Origin: Ferruginibacter sp.
Lineage (GTDB): Bacteria; Bacteroidota; Bacteroidia; Chitinophagales; Chitinophagaceae
Assembly: GCF_014377975.1 (NCBI RefSeq)
Contig: NZ_JACMOO010000435.1
Location: 6,577 to 70,576, forward strand
Direction: 5' to 3'
DNA length: 64,000 nucleotides
In this document: piece by piece, positions 50,887 through 59,862 of the stretch
Position numbering within the stretch: the first letter of the stretch is position 1
Layout of the letters: every line of letters begins with the position of its first letter
Translations under genes and position numbers: made by a program
The notes under the pieces: generated by a model
Databases searched by the model: none
What the model saw: the letters and a program-made list of their open reading frames with translations, nothing else
Told to the model about the DNA's origin: nothing

Positions 50887-52324
50887 AAGAAACTATTTTT
50901 TTAATTGGTTCAATCAATGTGTCTATATCACCTGCGCCCGCCGTTATTATCAATGTTCCTTCAAAACCTTCTTCTACATGTGCTTCGTTTTCCTGCGCCA
51001 AATGTTTTAACAGGTTTTCTTTGCTGAGCACCATTTTATTTTCGCTGTGCATTCTTTGTACAATCATTTCACTACTTACCCCTTGCAGGGGTAATTCCCT
51101 TGCGGGATAAATAGGTAACAGAATTGCCTCATCTGCCAGGTCAAGTACTTCTGCAAAACCATCTGCCAGGTCGTTGGTACGGCTAAACAAATGCGGTTGA
51201 AAAACCACAACGCATTTTTTATTGGCAAACATTTTTTTTGCACTGGTAATCAACGCCCTTAATTCCTCCGGGTGATGCGCATAATCATCTATATACACTA
51301 CCTTATCCGTTTTTACAATGTATTCAAATCTTCTTTTTACTCCGCGGAAAGCCGCAACAGCCGCAATGATTTTGCTATCCTCAATTTGTAAATGGTGCGC
51401 TATTGTTATTGCTGCAAGTACGTTTTCAATATTGTGTAAGCCACCCATATTGAGTACTACCGAACCTCCCTGCCCCCCAAAAGACGGTTCTTTAGAAATC
51501 ACTACATTGAAGTGATAACTGCCGTTGTGTATGTGAATATTTGATGCATACACATCCGCTTTGGGATTGTCGATGTGGTACGTTAAATGTTGATGCCCTT
51601 TTAAATCTTTCTGTTTGGCCACACCAAATTTACTAAGTAACAAACCGCCTGGTTTTATCCGTGCAGAAAAATCAATGAAAGCCTGTTCCATATTTTCAAC
51701 TGTTCCATAAATATCCAAATGATCCGGATCCATACTGCTGATGACGGCTACATCGGGACTTAGTTTTAAAAAACTACGATCATATTCATCCGCTTCCACC
51801 ACACACACATTGTTTTGGGCGGCCCAAAAATTAGTATTGTAGTTTACTGCAATGCCCCCTAAAAAAGTATTGCAGCCATAACCGCTGTGCGTAAGAATAT
51901 GCGCCACCATTGTACTGATGGTAGTTTTGCCATGTGTACCTGCTATGCAGATATTAAAAGAACTGCTGGTGATGGCCTCCAATACATCACTGCGTTTTAC
52001 GACTGTATAATTATGTTGCTGAAAATAATTTAGCTCATTGTGACTGGCGGGTACTGCCGGGGTGTATACCACTAACTGTACCGCTTTATCAATTAGTTGT
52101 ATGCTATCTTCAAAATGAATGTTAATTCCTTCTGCGGTTAACTGTTGGGTTAACGCCGTGGGGGTTTTATCGTAGCCACTTACCTTAACACCGATGCTTT
52201 TAAAATACCTGGCTAGTGCGCTCATGCCAATACCGCCAATGCCTAAAAAATAAATCCCTGCTACTTCATTCGCCACAACTGGCCTTACTTTCAGCGATGT
52301 TAATATGTTGTTGTAGTTGTTCAT
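50876..52324 (-). CDS. murC: UDP-N-acetylmuramate--L-alanine ligase
   Basis: GIGGIGMSALA, AGTHGKTT, EADEYDRSF, DDYAHHP, FQPH. Confidence 0.97.
   Translation of the reverse strand: MNNYNNILTSLKVRPVVANEVAGIYFLGIGGIGMSALARYFKSIGVKVSGYDKTPTALTQQLTAEGINIHFEDSIQLIDKAVQLVVYTPAVPASHNELNYFQQHNYTVVKRSDVLEAITSSSFNICIAGTHGKTTISTMVAHILTHSGYGCNTFLGGIAVNYNTNFWAAQNNVCVVEADEYDRSFLKLSPDVAVISSMDPDHLDIYGTVENMEQAFIDFSARIKPGGLLLSKFGVAKQKDLKGHQHLTYHIDNPKADVYASNIHIHNGSYHFNVVISKEPSFGGQGGSVVLNMGGLHNIENVLAAITIAHHLQIEDSKIIAAVAAFRGVKRRFEYIVKTDKVVYIDDYAHHPEELRALITSAKKMFANKKCVVVFQPHLFSRTNDLADGFAEVLDLADEAILLPIYPARELPLQGVSSEMIVQRMHSENKMVLSKENLLKHLAQENEAHVEEGFEGTLIITAGAGDIDTLIEPIKKIVSSGK
51464..51493 (+). repeat. In-frame degenerate palindromic element in murC (KEPSFGGQGGS)
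   Basis: acctccctgccccccaaaagacggttcttt aligns with the FadN element. Confidence 0.45.
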
Positions 52325-52427
52325 TTATTTTTATTCAGATCAGGCAATTGCCTGATTTTTTTATAGATTCAATTTTTCGTTTTATTCTTATTTTGTTTCC
52401 TTGTGTTGAGTAGGCCGCAGCCTGGTA

Positions 52428-53588
52428 CTACCCGATTGATTGTATTATATTTTTTGCCACCACTTCATCTGCGTTGGTAATGGCGAGTTTACTAATATTT
52501 CTTTTAAATGTTTCCAGCTTTGCTTCGTCTTTTACCAGGGCGATAATTGCTGGCACCAACTCATTCAAAGCCTCACTGTCTTTTATCATCATACCGGCAT
52601 TTTTATTTACCAGATTTTTTGCATTTACCGTCTGGTGATCTTCTGCTGCAAAAGGATAGGGCACAAACAAAACTGCTTTTTTGGCCACACATAATTCCGA
52701 AACCGACATTGCTCCACTTCTGCTGATTACTGCGTCTGCTGCTGCATAGGCGTATTCCATTTGCATTACAAAATCGTTTACCCAAACATTGGCTTTTCCC
52801 GTGGCTGCTTCTTTTGCTTTTGGCAAAAAAGGTTTGCCGGTTTGCCAGATCAGTTGCAGGTTATTATTTTCAAATTCATCCAGATGAGCAGCCAGCGCTT
52901 CGTTGATACTTTTTGCACCGAGGCTGCCACCGATGGATACAATTGTTTTTTTATAAGGATCCAAATCGAAAAAACGTACTGCATCTTCCCGGCTAACGGT
53001 ACTGCCGGCGATACTTTCGCGTATTGGATTGCCTGTGACCATAATTTTATTGGGCGGAAAAAACTTTTCCATACCATCGGTTGCTACAAAAATCTGCGTT
53101 GCCTTTTTACCCAGCAGCATATTGCTTTTACCCGCAAAGGAATTGGCTTCGTGAATAAAAGTTTTTATCCCTCTTGCCTGGGCAAAACGCAGTACCGGAT
53201 AACTTGAATAACCGCCCACACCTACTACTGCTGTTGGCTTAAAGAGCCTAAAAATTTGTTGCACCTGTAATAAACTTTTTACCAGCTTATAGGGTAAACC
53301 AATATTTTTTATCAAAGAACTTCTGTTAAATCCTGCAATACTTAACCCTTTTATTTTATAACCTGCCAACGGCACTTTTTCCATCTCCATTTTTCCTTTT
53401 GCTCCCACAAATAAAATTTCCGCTTCGGGCATTAATTTTTTTATTGCATTGGCAATGGCTATGGCCGGAAAGATATGTCCGCCGGTGCCACCGCCTGCGA
53501 TGATGATGCGAAGCGGAGCTGAATCGGCCACCCCTGCTGCGCCCCAAGGTAGGTTCTGTGAAGACCCTGCTTTTTTATCATCGCTCAT
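52428..53588 (-). CDS. murG: Undecaprenyldiphospho-muramoylpentapeptide N-acetylglucosaminyltransferase
   Basis: GGGTGGHIFPA, GGYSS, HEAN, GNPIR, GGSLGA, SRSGA, HQ..NA. Confidence 0.97.
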   Translation of the reverse strand: MSDDKKAGSSQNLPWGAAGVADSAPLRIIIAGGGTGGHIFPAIAIANAIKKLMPEAEILFVGAKGKMEMEKVPLAGYKIKGLSIAGFNRSSLIKNIGLPYKLVKSLLQVQQIFRLFKPTAVVGVGGYSSYPVLRFAQARGIKTFIHEANSFAGKSNMLLGKKATQIFVATDGMEKFFPPNKIMVTGNPIRESIAGSTVSREDAVRFFDLDPYKKTIVSIGGSLGAKSINEALAAHLDEFENNNLQLIWQTGKPFLPKAKEAATGKANVWVNDFVMQMEYAYAAADAVISRSGAMSVSELCVAKKAVLFVPYPFAAEDHQTVNAKNLVNKNAGMMIKDSEALNELVPAIIALVKDEAKLETFKRNISKLAITNADEVVAKNIIQSIG

Positions 53589-53681
53589 TTATTTTTATTG
53601 AGTTTTATCTTTTTTCTTTTTATCCTTAAATTGCTTAATACTGTTTCAAATTATTGTACTCTTTGTACTGCCTGCTGCTTT

Positions 53682-53739
53682 TTTTGTACAAGAGTGCGAC
53701 GCAACTATGTTTAATTATTAACAAAAGCCGGGTACAAAA
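53682..53739 (+). repeat. ~55-bp intergenic repeat, copy B, with 8-bp terminal inverted repeats
   Basis: TTTTGTAC aagagtgcgacgcaactatg...aaaagccgg GTACAAAA. Confidence 0.8.
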
Positions 53740-53751
53740 TTCTTTATAAAT

Positions 53752-55050
53752 TTAAACCTGGTCTTCTTCCTTTTGGGAAGATGCCGGGGCTTTAATTTCT
53801 GCTGCCAATATGCTTTTTCCCTCTAACTGTTCTACGTTTCTTGCCACACTTAAAATGATACCGATGGACAGACAGGTAAACAGAAAACTACTTCCTCCCA
53901 TACTTACCAGCGGTAACGTAACCCCTGTATTTGGAAACAGATTTACGTTTACCCCCATGTTGGCAATGGCCTGTATTACCAGCGTAAAACTTAGTGCCAG
54001 CGCCAGAAATGCTCCGAATGCAAATGGGCATTTTTGGTACAACCTGATGCAGCGGTATAAAAACAACAGGTAAATAAATACAATGAATGTGCCACCCAGC
54101 AAACCATACTCTTCCAAAATAATCGCAAAAATAAAATCGCTGTACGAGTGTGGTAAAAAATTTCTTGCACTACTGTTACCCGGACCCACACCAAACCATC
54201 CGCCGTTGGCAATGGCAATTTTTGCCTGGTTTATCTGGTACAATTTTTCATTTTCATCTTCCTTATGGCTGTACATAAAAGTCTGTATCCGTCCTATCCA
54301 CGTAGGTACACGGCCTGTTGCAAAAATCGCCGGAAGATCTTTTGTTTTGTGCTCTTCCTTATCGTAATATTTTACCGCAATGGTTAATAAAATCATTACC
54401 GGTATCATTGCTATAGCAATGGTTAATAAAATATGTTTGGTGCTGATGCGTCCAATAAACATCAGTAATAAACTGGTAGCCGCAACCAATATGGCCGTGG
54501 ATAAATTGGCAGGTGCTATCAGTAAACAAATAATAACAACGGGAATAATAATGGGCAAAAATCCTTTCTTAAAATCTTTTATCACCTGTTGCTTGCGGCT
54601 TAACTGGCGGCTCATGTACATGAAAAGGGCCAGCTTTGCAAGGTCAGATGTTTGAAAAGTCATATTGATAACGGGCAATTTTATCCAGCGGCTGCCTTCA
54701 TTTAAGCGGGTGCCAAAAAAGAAAGTATAAATGAGCAATGGAATGGCAATTAAAAATAAGATGAGCGCTATCCTTGAGTAGATGGTATAATTTACCCGGT
54801 GAGCAAAGTAAATAATAATTACACCAAGGATGATGAATGCAAACTGTTTAAATAAAAAGCTTTCGGTGCTTTTACTGTATTTATACGCCAGTGATCCGGT
54901 GCTGCTGTACACCACCAGCAAACTTACCAGTGTCAGAATAATTACGATGGCCCATATCACCTTGTCGCCTTTGGTTTTGCTAACCAAATTGCCGCCCATA
55001 TTGCTGATGTTGGGTGTAAAAAATTCTTTTATGTTGATGTTATCTGCCAT
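53752..55050 (-). CDS. ftsW: Peptidoglycan glycosyltransferase FtsW
   Basis: SRWI, FQTSDLAK, GGWFGVGPG, PHSYSDFIFA, TGVTLPLVSMGG. Confidence 0.96.
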   Translation of the reverse strand: MADNINIKEFFTPNISNMGGNLVSKTKGDKVIWAIVIILTLVSLLVVYSSTGSLAYKYSKSTESFLFKQFAFIILGVIIIYFAHRVNYTIYSRIALILFLIAIPLLIYTFFFGTRLNEGSRWIKLPVINMTFQTSDLAKLALFMYMSRQLSRKQQVIKDFKKGFLPIIIPVVIICLLIAPANLSTAILVAATSLLLMFIGRISTKHILLTIAIAMIPVMILLTIAVKYYDKEEHKTKDLPAIFATGRVPTWIGRIQTFMYSHKEDENEKLYQINQAKIAIANGGWFGVGPGNSSARNFLPHSYSDFIFAIILEEYGLLGGTFIVFIYLLFLYRCIRLYQKCPFAFGAFLALALSFTLVIQAIANMGVNVNLFPNTGVTLPLVSMGGSSFLFTCLSIGIILSVARNVEQLEGKSILAAEIKAPASSQKEEDQV

Positions 55051-55161
55051 TATGAAATTCCGAATGAAGGGAATTTTATTTTTATAATAGTTCGTTCTTT
55101 AAATTTTTTTATCAAAGTTTATCTTTAGCCATCGTTAGAATTTTTAATTATTTGGGGCAGT

Positions 55162-56553
55162 TTACAGATTTTTAACAGCCTGCTTAAACTGGTTACCCCT
55201 GTCTTCATAATTTTTAAACAAATCAAAACTTGCACAGGCGGGACTTAACAAAACCACATCGCCATTTGCTGCAAATTGAAATGCTGCCTGTACGGCTTCT
55301 TCTGCAGTAGCTGTGTCAACAATTGAAGGAACAATATCTTCAAATGCCTCATGAATTTTACGGTTATCAATGCCCATGCAAACAATTGCTTTTACCTTTT
55401 CTGTTACCATTTCTTTCATGGCTGCATAGTCGTTGCCTTTGTCAACACCCCCTAAAATTAAAATGGTAGGCTTTTCCATACTCTCCAGGGCAAACCAGGT
55501 ACTGTTTACATTGGTGGCCTTACTGTCATTAATAAACTCAACTCCTTTAATGGTAACCACCGGCTCCATGCGGTGTGCAAGGGTTTCAAAAGTCTGGAGT
55601 GCTTCCCTTATTTTTTCTTTCCGGATATCAACTGCTGTTGCGGCCAAACTTGCTGCCATACTATTATATTGGTTGTGTTTTCCCTTCATCTTAAAGTCAT
55701 CAATGCTCATTTGCATTTCTTCACTTTTCCATTTCAGGTGCATTTTTGCGTTGGCCAGGTATGCTCCCTGTGGTAATTCTTTGCTCATGGTGATGGGGTA
55801 TAAGGTTGATTTAATATTGTACTTTTTAATACTTTTACGGGTGGTTTCATCATCGAGGCAGTAAATAAATACATCTTCTGCCTGCTGGTTTTTTGCTATG
55901 CTAAACTTACTGTCTATATAATTTTGAATGTTATAATCGTATCTGTCCAGATGATCTTCGGTAATGTTGGTTAACACTGCCACATCGGGCCGAAAAGTTT
56001 TTATATCGTCTAACTGAAAAGAACTTATTTCCACTACGTACAATGCTTTAGGATCTTCAGCTACCTGCTTTGCAAAAGAATATCCGATATTGCCTACCAT
56101 GGCGCAATCTTTACCACCCAATTGGCACATGTGATAAATTAATGCGGTGGTGGTGGTTTTTCCATTGCTGCCTGTGATGGCAATTATTTTGCTGTTGCCT
56201 TTGTACCGGTAAGCAAATTCAATTTCGCTGATTACCGGAATTCCTTTTAACCTTATCTTTTTTACCAGTTCATTTTTTTCGGTAATGCCCGGGCTTTTAA
56301 TTACTTCATCGGCTGCTAAAACTTTGCTCTCCGTATGGCGGGCTTCTTCAAAAACAATACTGCTTTGCTGCAATGCGCTTTTATATACTTCTTTAATAGA
56401 TCCGCCATCGCTTACAAATACATCATACCCTTTTTGCTTTGCCAGCAAAGCAGCACCCACACCGCTTTCACCGGCACCCAATATCACCAGTTTTTTTAAG
56501 CTGTTGTGCGTATCCGGTACTTTACCCCCAGGTATGTTTGCAAATGCCTGCAT
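55162..56553 (-). CDS. murD: UDP-N-acetylmuramoyl-L-alanine--D-glutamate ligase
   Basis: GAGESG, ITGSNGKTTT, EISSFQL, DHLDRY, NDSKATN, LSPACASFD. Confidence 0.97.
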   Translation of the reverse strand: MQAFANIPGGKVPDTHNSLKKLVILGAGESGVGAALLAKQKGYDVFVSDGGSIKEVYKSALQQSSIVFEEARHTESKVLAADEVIKSPGITEKNELVKKIRLKGIPVISEIEFAYRYKGNSKIIAITGSNGKTTTTALIYHMCQLGGKDCAMVGNIGYSFAKQVAEDPKALYVVEISSFQLDDIKTFRPDVAVLTNITEDHLDRYDYNIQNYIDSKFSIAKNQQAEDVFIYCLDDETTRKSIKKYNIKSTLYPITMSKELPQGAYLANAKMHLKWKSEEMQMSIDDFKMKGKHNQYNSMAASLAATAVDIRKEKIREALQTFETLAHRMEPVVTIKGVEFINDSKATNVNSTWFALESMEKPTILILGGVDKGNDYAAMKEMVTEKVKAIVCMGIDNRKIHEAFEDIVPSIVDTATAEEAVQAAFQFAANGDVVLLSPACASFDLFKNYEDRGNQFKQAVKNL

Positions 56554-56597
56554 AATTTAATTGTACATAAATGAGCCTTTTTTAAAGGGCTTTTAAT

Positions 56598-56832
56598 AAA
56601 AATAGTTGTTCAACAACCTCAAATCAAACAGACAGTAATGCTGTTGATTTTAGTTGCTGTACCAGTAAAAAAGGTTTTTCAACAGCATAGAATTTAACAG
56701 GTTCTTTTCAATTTTTTTATTGCCGTAACAATAAAAATGGTTCTTCAACAATATCAAATTTTGCAGACAGTTGTTCTGCTAATTTAAGTTATTGTAAATT
56801 TTAAAATGGTTCTTCAACAGCATAGAACTTAG
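56598..56832 (-). repeat. Periodic array of four TGTTGAAGAACCATTTT-like motifs (69/66/69-bp spacing)
   Basis: Plus-strand cores gttgttcaaca 56605, gtttttcaaca 56674, gttcttcaaca 56740 and gttcttcaaca 56809. Units 1+2 and 3+4 form a ~135-bp tandem duplication. Confidence 0.75.
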
Positions 56833-56936
56833 TGGGCTGATGGCTTAATTAATTTTCACAATTCAGGATCTGTTAATTGAAAAACGTGAATTGGATTTTA
56901 CTCAATTCAATATCCGGGTTTTTCTAAGAAAAAAAT

Positions 56937-58253
56937 TTACCTCAATTTTAATGTTCCTATTGCTACTACTACACTTAATATTGTTACAATCCAAAAACGA
57001 ACGGCTATTTTACTTTCGTGATAACCTTGTTTTTGATAATGATGATGCAGCGGGCTCATTAAAAAAACACGTCTGCCTTCGCCATATTTCCTCTTTGTAT
57101 ATTTAAACCAACTCACCTGTATTACCACACTTAAATTTTCTACTAAAAACACAAAGCAAAAAATTGGTATTAATAATTCTTTGCGCACAATAATGGCCAA
57201 TGCTGCGATGATACCGCCCAATGCCAAGCTTCCGGTATCGCCCATAAAAACCTGTGCCGGGTAACTGTTGTACCATAAAAACCCAATACACGCTCCAACA
57301 AAGGATGCTATAAAAATAGACAGTTCACCCAGGTTGGGGATGTACATGATATTAAGATATTCAGCAAGTTTTATGTTGCCGCTTACATAAGCAAATATTC
57401 CCAGACAAATTCCGATCACTGCACTTACGCCTGTTGCCAAACCATCCAGCCCATCGGTAAGGTTGGCTCCATTGCTTACCGCCGTAACTATTATTATTAC
57501 AATAATGATGTACAGTATATAAGTATATTCCCTCCAGCTTGCCGGTAGTAATTTTGCATAATTAAACTCATGTGTTTTTACAAACGGGATAGTGGCAATG
57601 GGCGATTTTACTTTTACAAAAAGATGTTGTTTACCATCAATAGTTACTATGTTAAAAGAGTCGCTCATTAATCTTTGTCCCGACTTCAAAAGAGAATCCT
57701 TTATAAATTTTATATCGGGATTGTACACTTCCCTTTGCACCACCACACTCTGGTTAAAATACAATGTTGCCCCCACAATTATCCCCAGCATTACTTGGCC
57801 GAAAATTTTAAACCTGCCTGCCAAACCATCGCTGTTACTTTTTTTATAATTGACGCCCTTGGCCTGTGCCCTCCGTTTCGATCTTATTTTCAGGTAGTCG
57901 TCTATAAAACCAATAGTGCCTAACCAAAGCGTACACAAAATCATCAGCCGTATATATACCTTATCCAAATTTGCCAGTAACAAAGTAGGTATTAATATGG
58001 CCAGTATAATGATGATGCCACCCATTGTTGGTATGCCTTTTTTTTGCTGCTCCCCTGCCAGTCCTAAATCACGTACACTTTCGCCCAACTGCTTTGTATG
58101 TAAAAACCTGATCAGTTTTTTACCAAATACGGTTGTAATCACCAGGCTTAATATAACGGCAAATAATACCCGGAAAGTAATAAAATCGAACAGACCGCTG
58201 CCCGGAAATTTTATCCCTTCTTTTGTTAACCAGCGAAATAAGTGATACAACAT
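56937..58253 (-). CDS. mraY: Phospho-N-acetylmuramoyl-pentapeptide transferase
   Basis: [40 protein letters not shown]. Confidence 0.97.
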   Translation of the reverse strand: MLYHLFRWLTKEGIKFPGSGLFDFITFRVLFAVILSLVITTVFGKKLIRFLHTKQLGESVRDLGLAGEQQKKGIPTMGGIIIILAILIPTLLLANLDKVYIRLMILCTLWLGTIGFIDDYLKIRSKRRAQAKGVNYKKSNSDGLAGRFKIFGQVMLGIIVGATLYFNQSVVVQREVYNPDIKFIKDSLLKSGQRLMSDSFNIVTIDGKQHLFVKVKSPIATIPFVKTHEFNYAKLLPASWREYTYILYIIIVIIIVTAVSNGANLTDGLDGLATGVSAVIGICLGIFAYVSGNIKLAEYLNIMYIPNLGELSIFIASFVGACIGFLWYNSYPAQVFMGDTGSLALGGIIAALAIIVRKELLIPIFCFVFLVENLSVVIQVSWFKYTKRKYGEGRRVFLMSPLHHHYQKQGYHESKIAVRFWIVTILSVVVAIGTLKLR

Positions 58254-58401
58254 AATTTTATTTGACAATTAATTATTAATAATGGATAATTAGTAATTAT
58301 TAATTCCTGCTACTTTTACTCTCTTAAAAATTTTATTTTTTTGTTTCTTTAGCTATCTTTTAAATCGCTAATATATCAGCACATTAACTAACTAATTGTC
58401 T

Positions 58402-59862
58402 TCATTTGTCGAGTAGTTCAAACATTTCATTCAAAATTTCCTTATCATCAAAATCATATTTCACCCCTTTTATCTCCTGGTATTTTTCATGGCCTTTACC
58501 TGCCACCAAAATAATATCTTCTTTCAATGCCAGGCTCACGGCGGCTTTAATAGCTTCTCTTCTATCTGCGATGGTGATATATTTTTTTCTTGCTACTACA
58601 TTTACGCCTGCCTCCATCTCTTTTAATATGTTCAGCGGATCTTCACTGCGTGGGTTATCGGCTGTAAAAATTACCCTGTCACTGTGCTCACAGGCAGCCG
58701 CTGCCATGATGGGCCGCTTTGTTTTATCCCTGTCACCACCACAACCTACCACGGTAATAATATGCTCGTGACCCTGACGTAATTTTTTAATGGTAGCCAG
58801 AACATTTAATAATGCATCGGGCGTATGTGCGTAATCAATAATGCCAATCACTTTATCATTTTTGCTTACCATATAATCAAATCTTCCTTCTGCGCCATCC
58901 AGGCTGCTTAACACTTGTAGTACCTTATTTTTTTCTTCTCCCAAACAAATAGCTGCCCCGTACACAGCTAATAAATTATAGGCATTGAACTCGCCTATTA
59001 ACCGAAAATAAACTTCCCGGTCGTTCACCAGCATGTGCAATCCTGCTAGGCTGTTTTCTAAAATCCTGCCTTTAAAATCAGCCATTGTTTTAAGGCTGTA
59101 GAAATATTTTTTTGCAGCCGTATTCTGTAAAATCACATGGCCTCTTTTATCATCTGCGTTACTGATGGCAAAGGAAGATGATGGCAACGCATCAAACCAT
59201 GATTTTTTTACCCGGATGTATTCATTAAATGTTTTATGATAATCCAGGTGGTCGTGTGTTATGTTACTGAACAAGGCTCCGGTAAATTGCAAACCTGTAA
59301 TTCTATGCTGGTGAATGGCGTGACTGCTGCATTCCATAAATACCATGGTACAACCTGCATCTGCCATTTTTTTTAACAATGCGTTTAGGCTGATCGCATC
59401 AGGTGTAGTATGAGTAGATGATATTACTTCTTTCCCGATTTGATTTTGCACAGTGCTGATCAATCCACATTTGTATCCCAATTCACTAAACAATTTCCAT
59501 AATAAAGTAACAATGGTTGTTTTGCCATTGGTACCGGTTACACCGGTTAGCTTTAGTTTTAAAGAAGGTTCGCCATAAAAATTATGACTCATAAAACCTG
59601 CTGCCGCTGCACTGTTCTCTACTTCAATATAGGTTACCTCCTCATTTAATATGGCAGGTAATGTTTCGCAAACAATTGCACTGGCACCATTTTCAATTGC
59701 GGTATCCACAAATTGATGCCCATCCGCAACAGTTCCCCTAATGGCGATAAAGCAGGTGCCCTTGCTCACTTTTCGTGAGTCAATCTGCAGATCTTTTATT
59801 GTTGTATTGGTATTACCCTTTACGCTCCGCAGGCTTACTTTATATAGAATATCTTTTAGCAT
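58402..59862 (-). CDS. murE: UDP-MurNAc-L-Ala-D-Glu--2,6-diaminopimelate ligase
   Basis: GVTGTNGKTT, HTTPD, DHLDYH, DYAHTPD, DNPR (mDAP specificity), AGKGHE. Confidence 0.97.
   Translation of the reverse strand: MLKDILYKVSLRSVKGNTNTTIKDLQIDSRKVSKGTCFIAIRGTVADGHQFVDTAIENGASAIVCETLPAILNEEVTYIEVENSAAAAGFMSHNFYGEPSLKLKLTGVTGTNGKTTIVTLLWKLFSELGYKCGLISTVQNQIGKEVISSTHTTPDAISLNALLKKMADAGCTMVFMECSSHAIHQHRITGLQFTGALFSNITHDHLDYHKTFNEYIRVKKSWFDALPSSSFAISNADDKRGHVILQNTAAKKYFYSLKTMADFKGRILENSLAGLHMLVNDREVYFRLIGEFNAYNLLAVYGAAICLGEEKNKVLQVLSSLDGAEGRFDYMVSKNDKVIGIIDYAHTPDALLNVLATIKKLRQGHEHIITVVGCGGDRDKTKRPIMAAAACEHSDRVIFTADNPRSEDPLNILKEMEAGVNVVARKKYITIADRREAIKAAVSLALKEDIILVAGKGHEKYQEIKGVKYDFDDKEILNEMFELLDK

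Noticed and set aside
56598-56832. CRISPR array (period 66-69 bp)
   Set aside because: The repeats are only about 17 bp and degenerate, spacers 1 and 3 are homologous, and there are no cas genes or leader.
58253-58402. Missing murF between murE and mraY
   Set aside because: murF commonly lies outside the dcw cluster in Bacteroidota, so this is not unusual.
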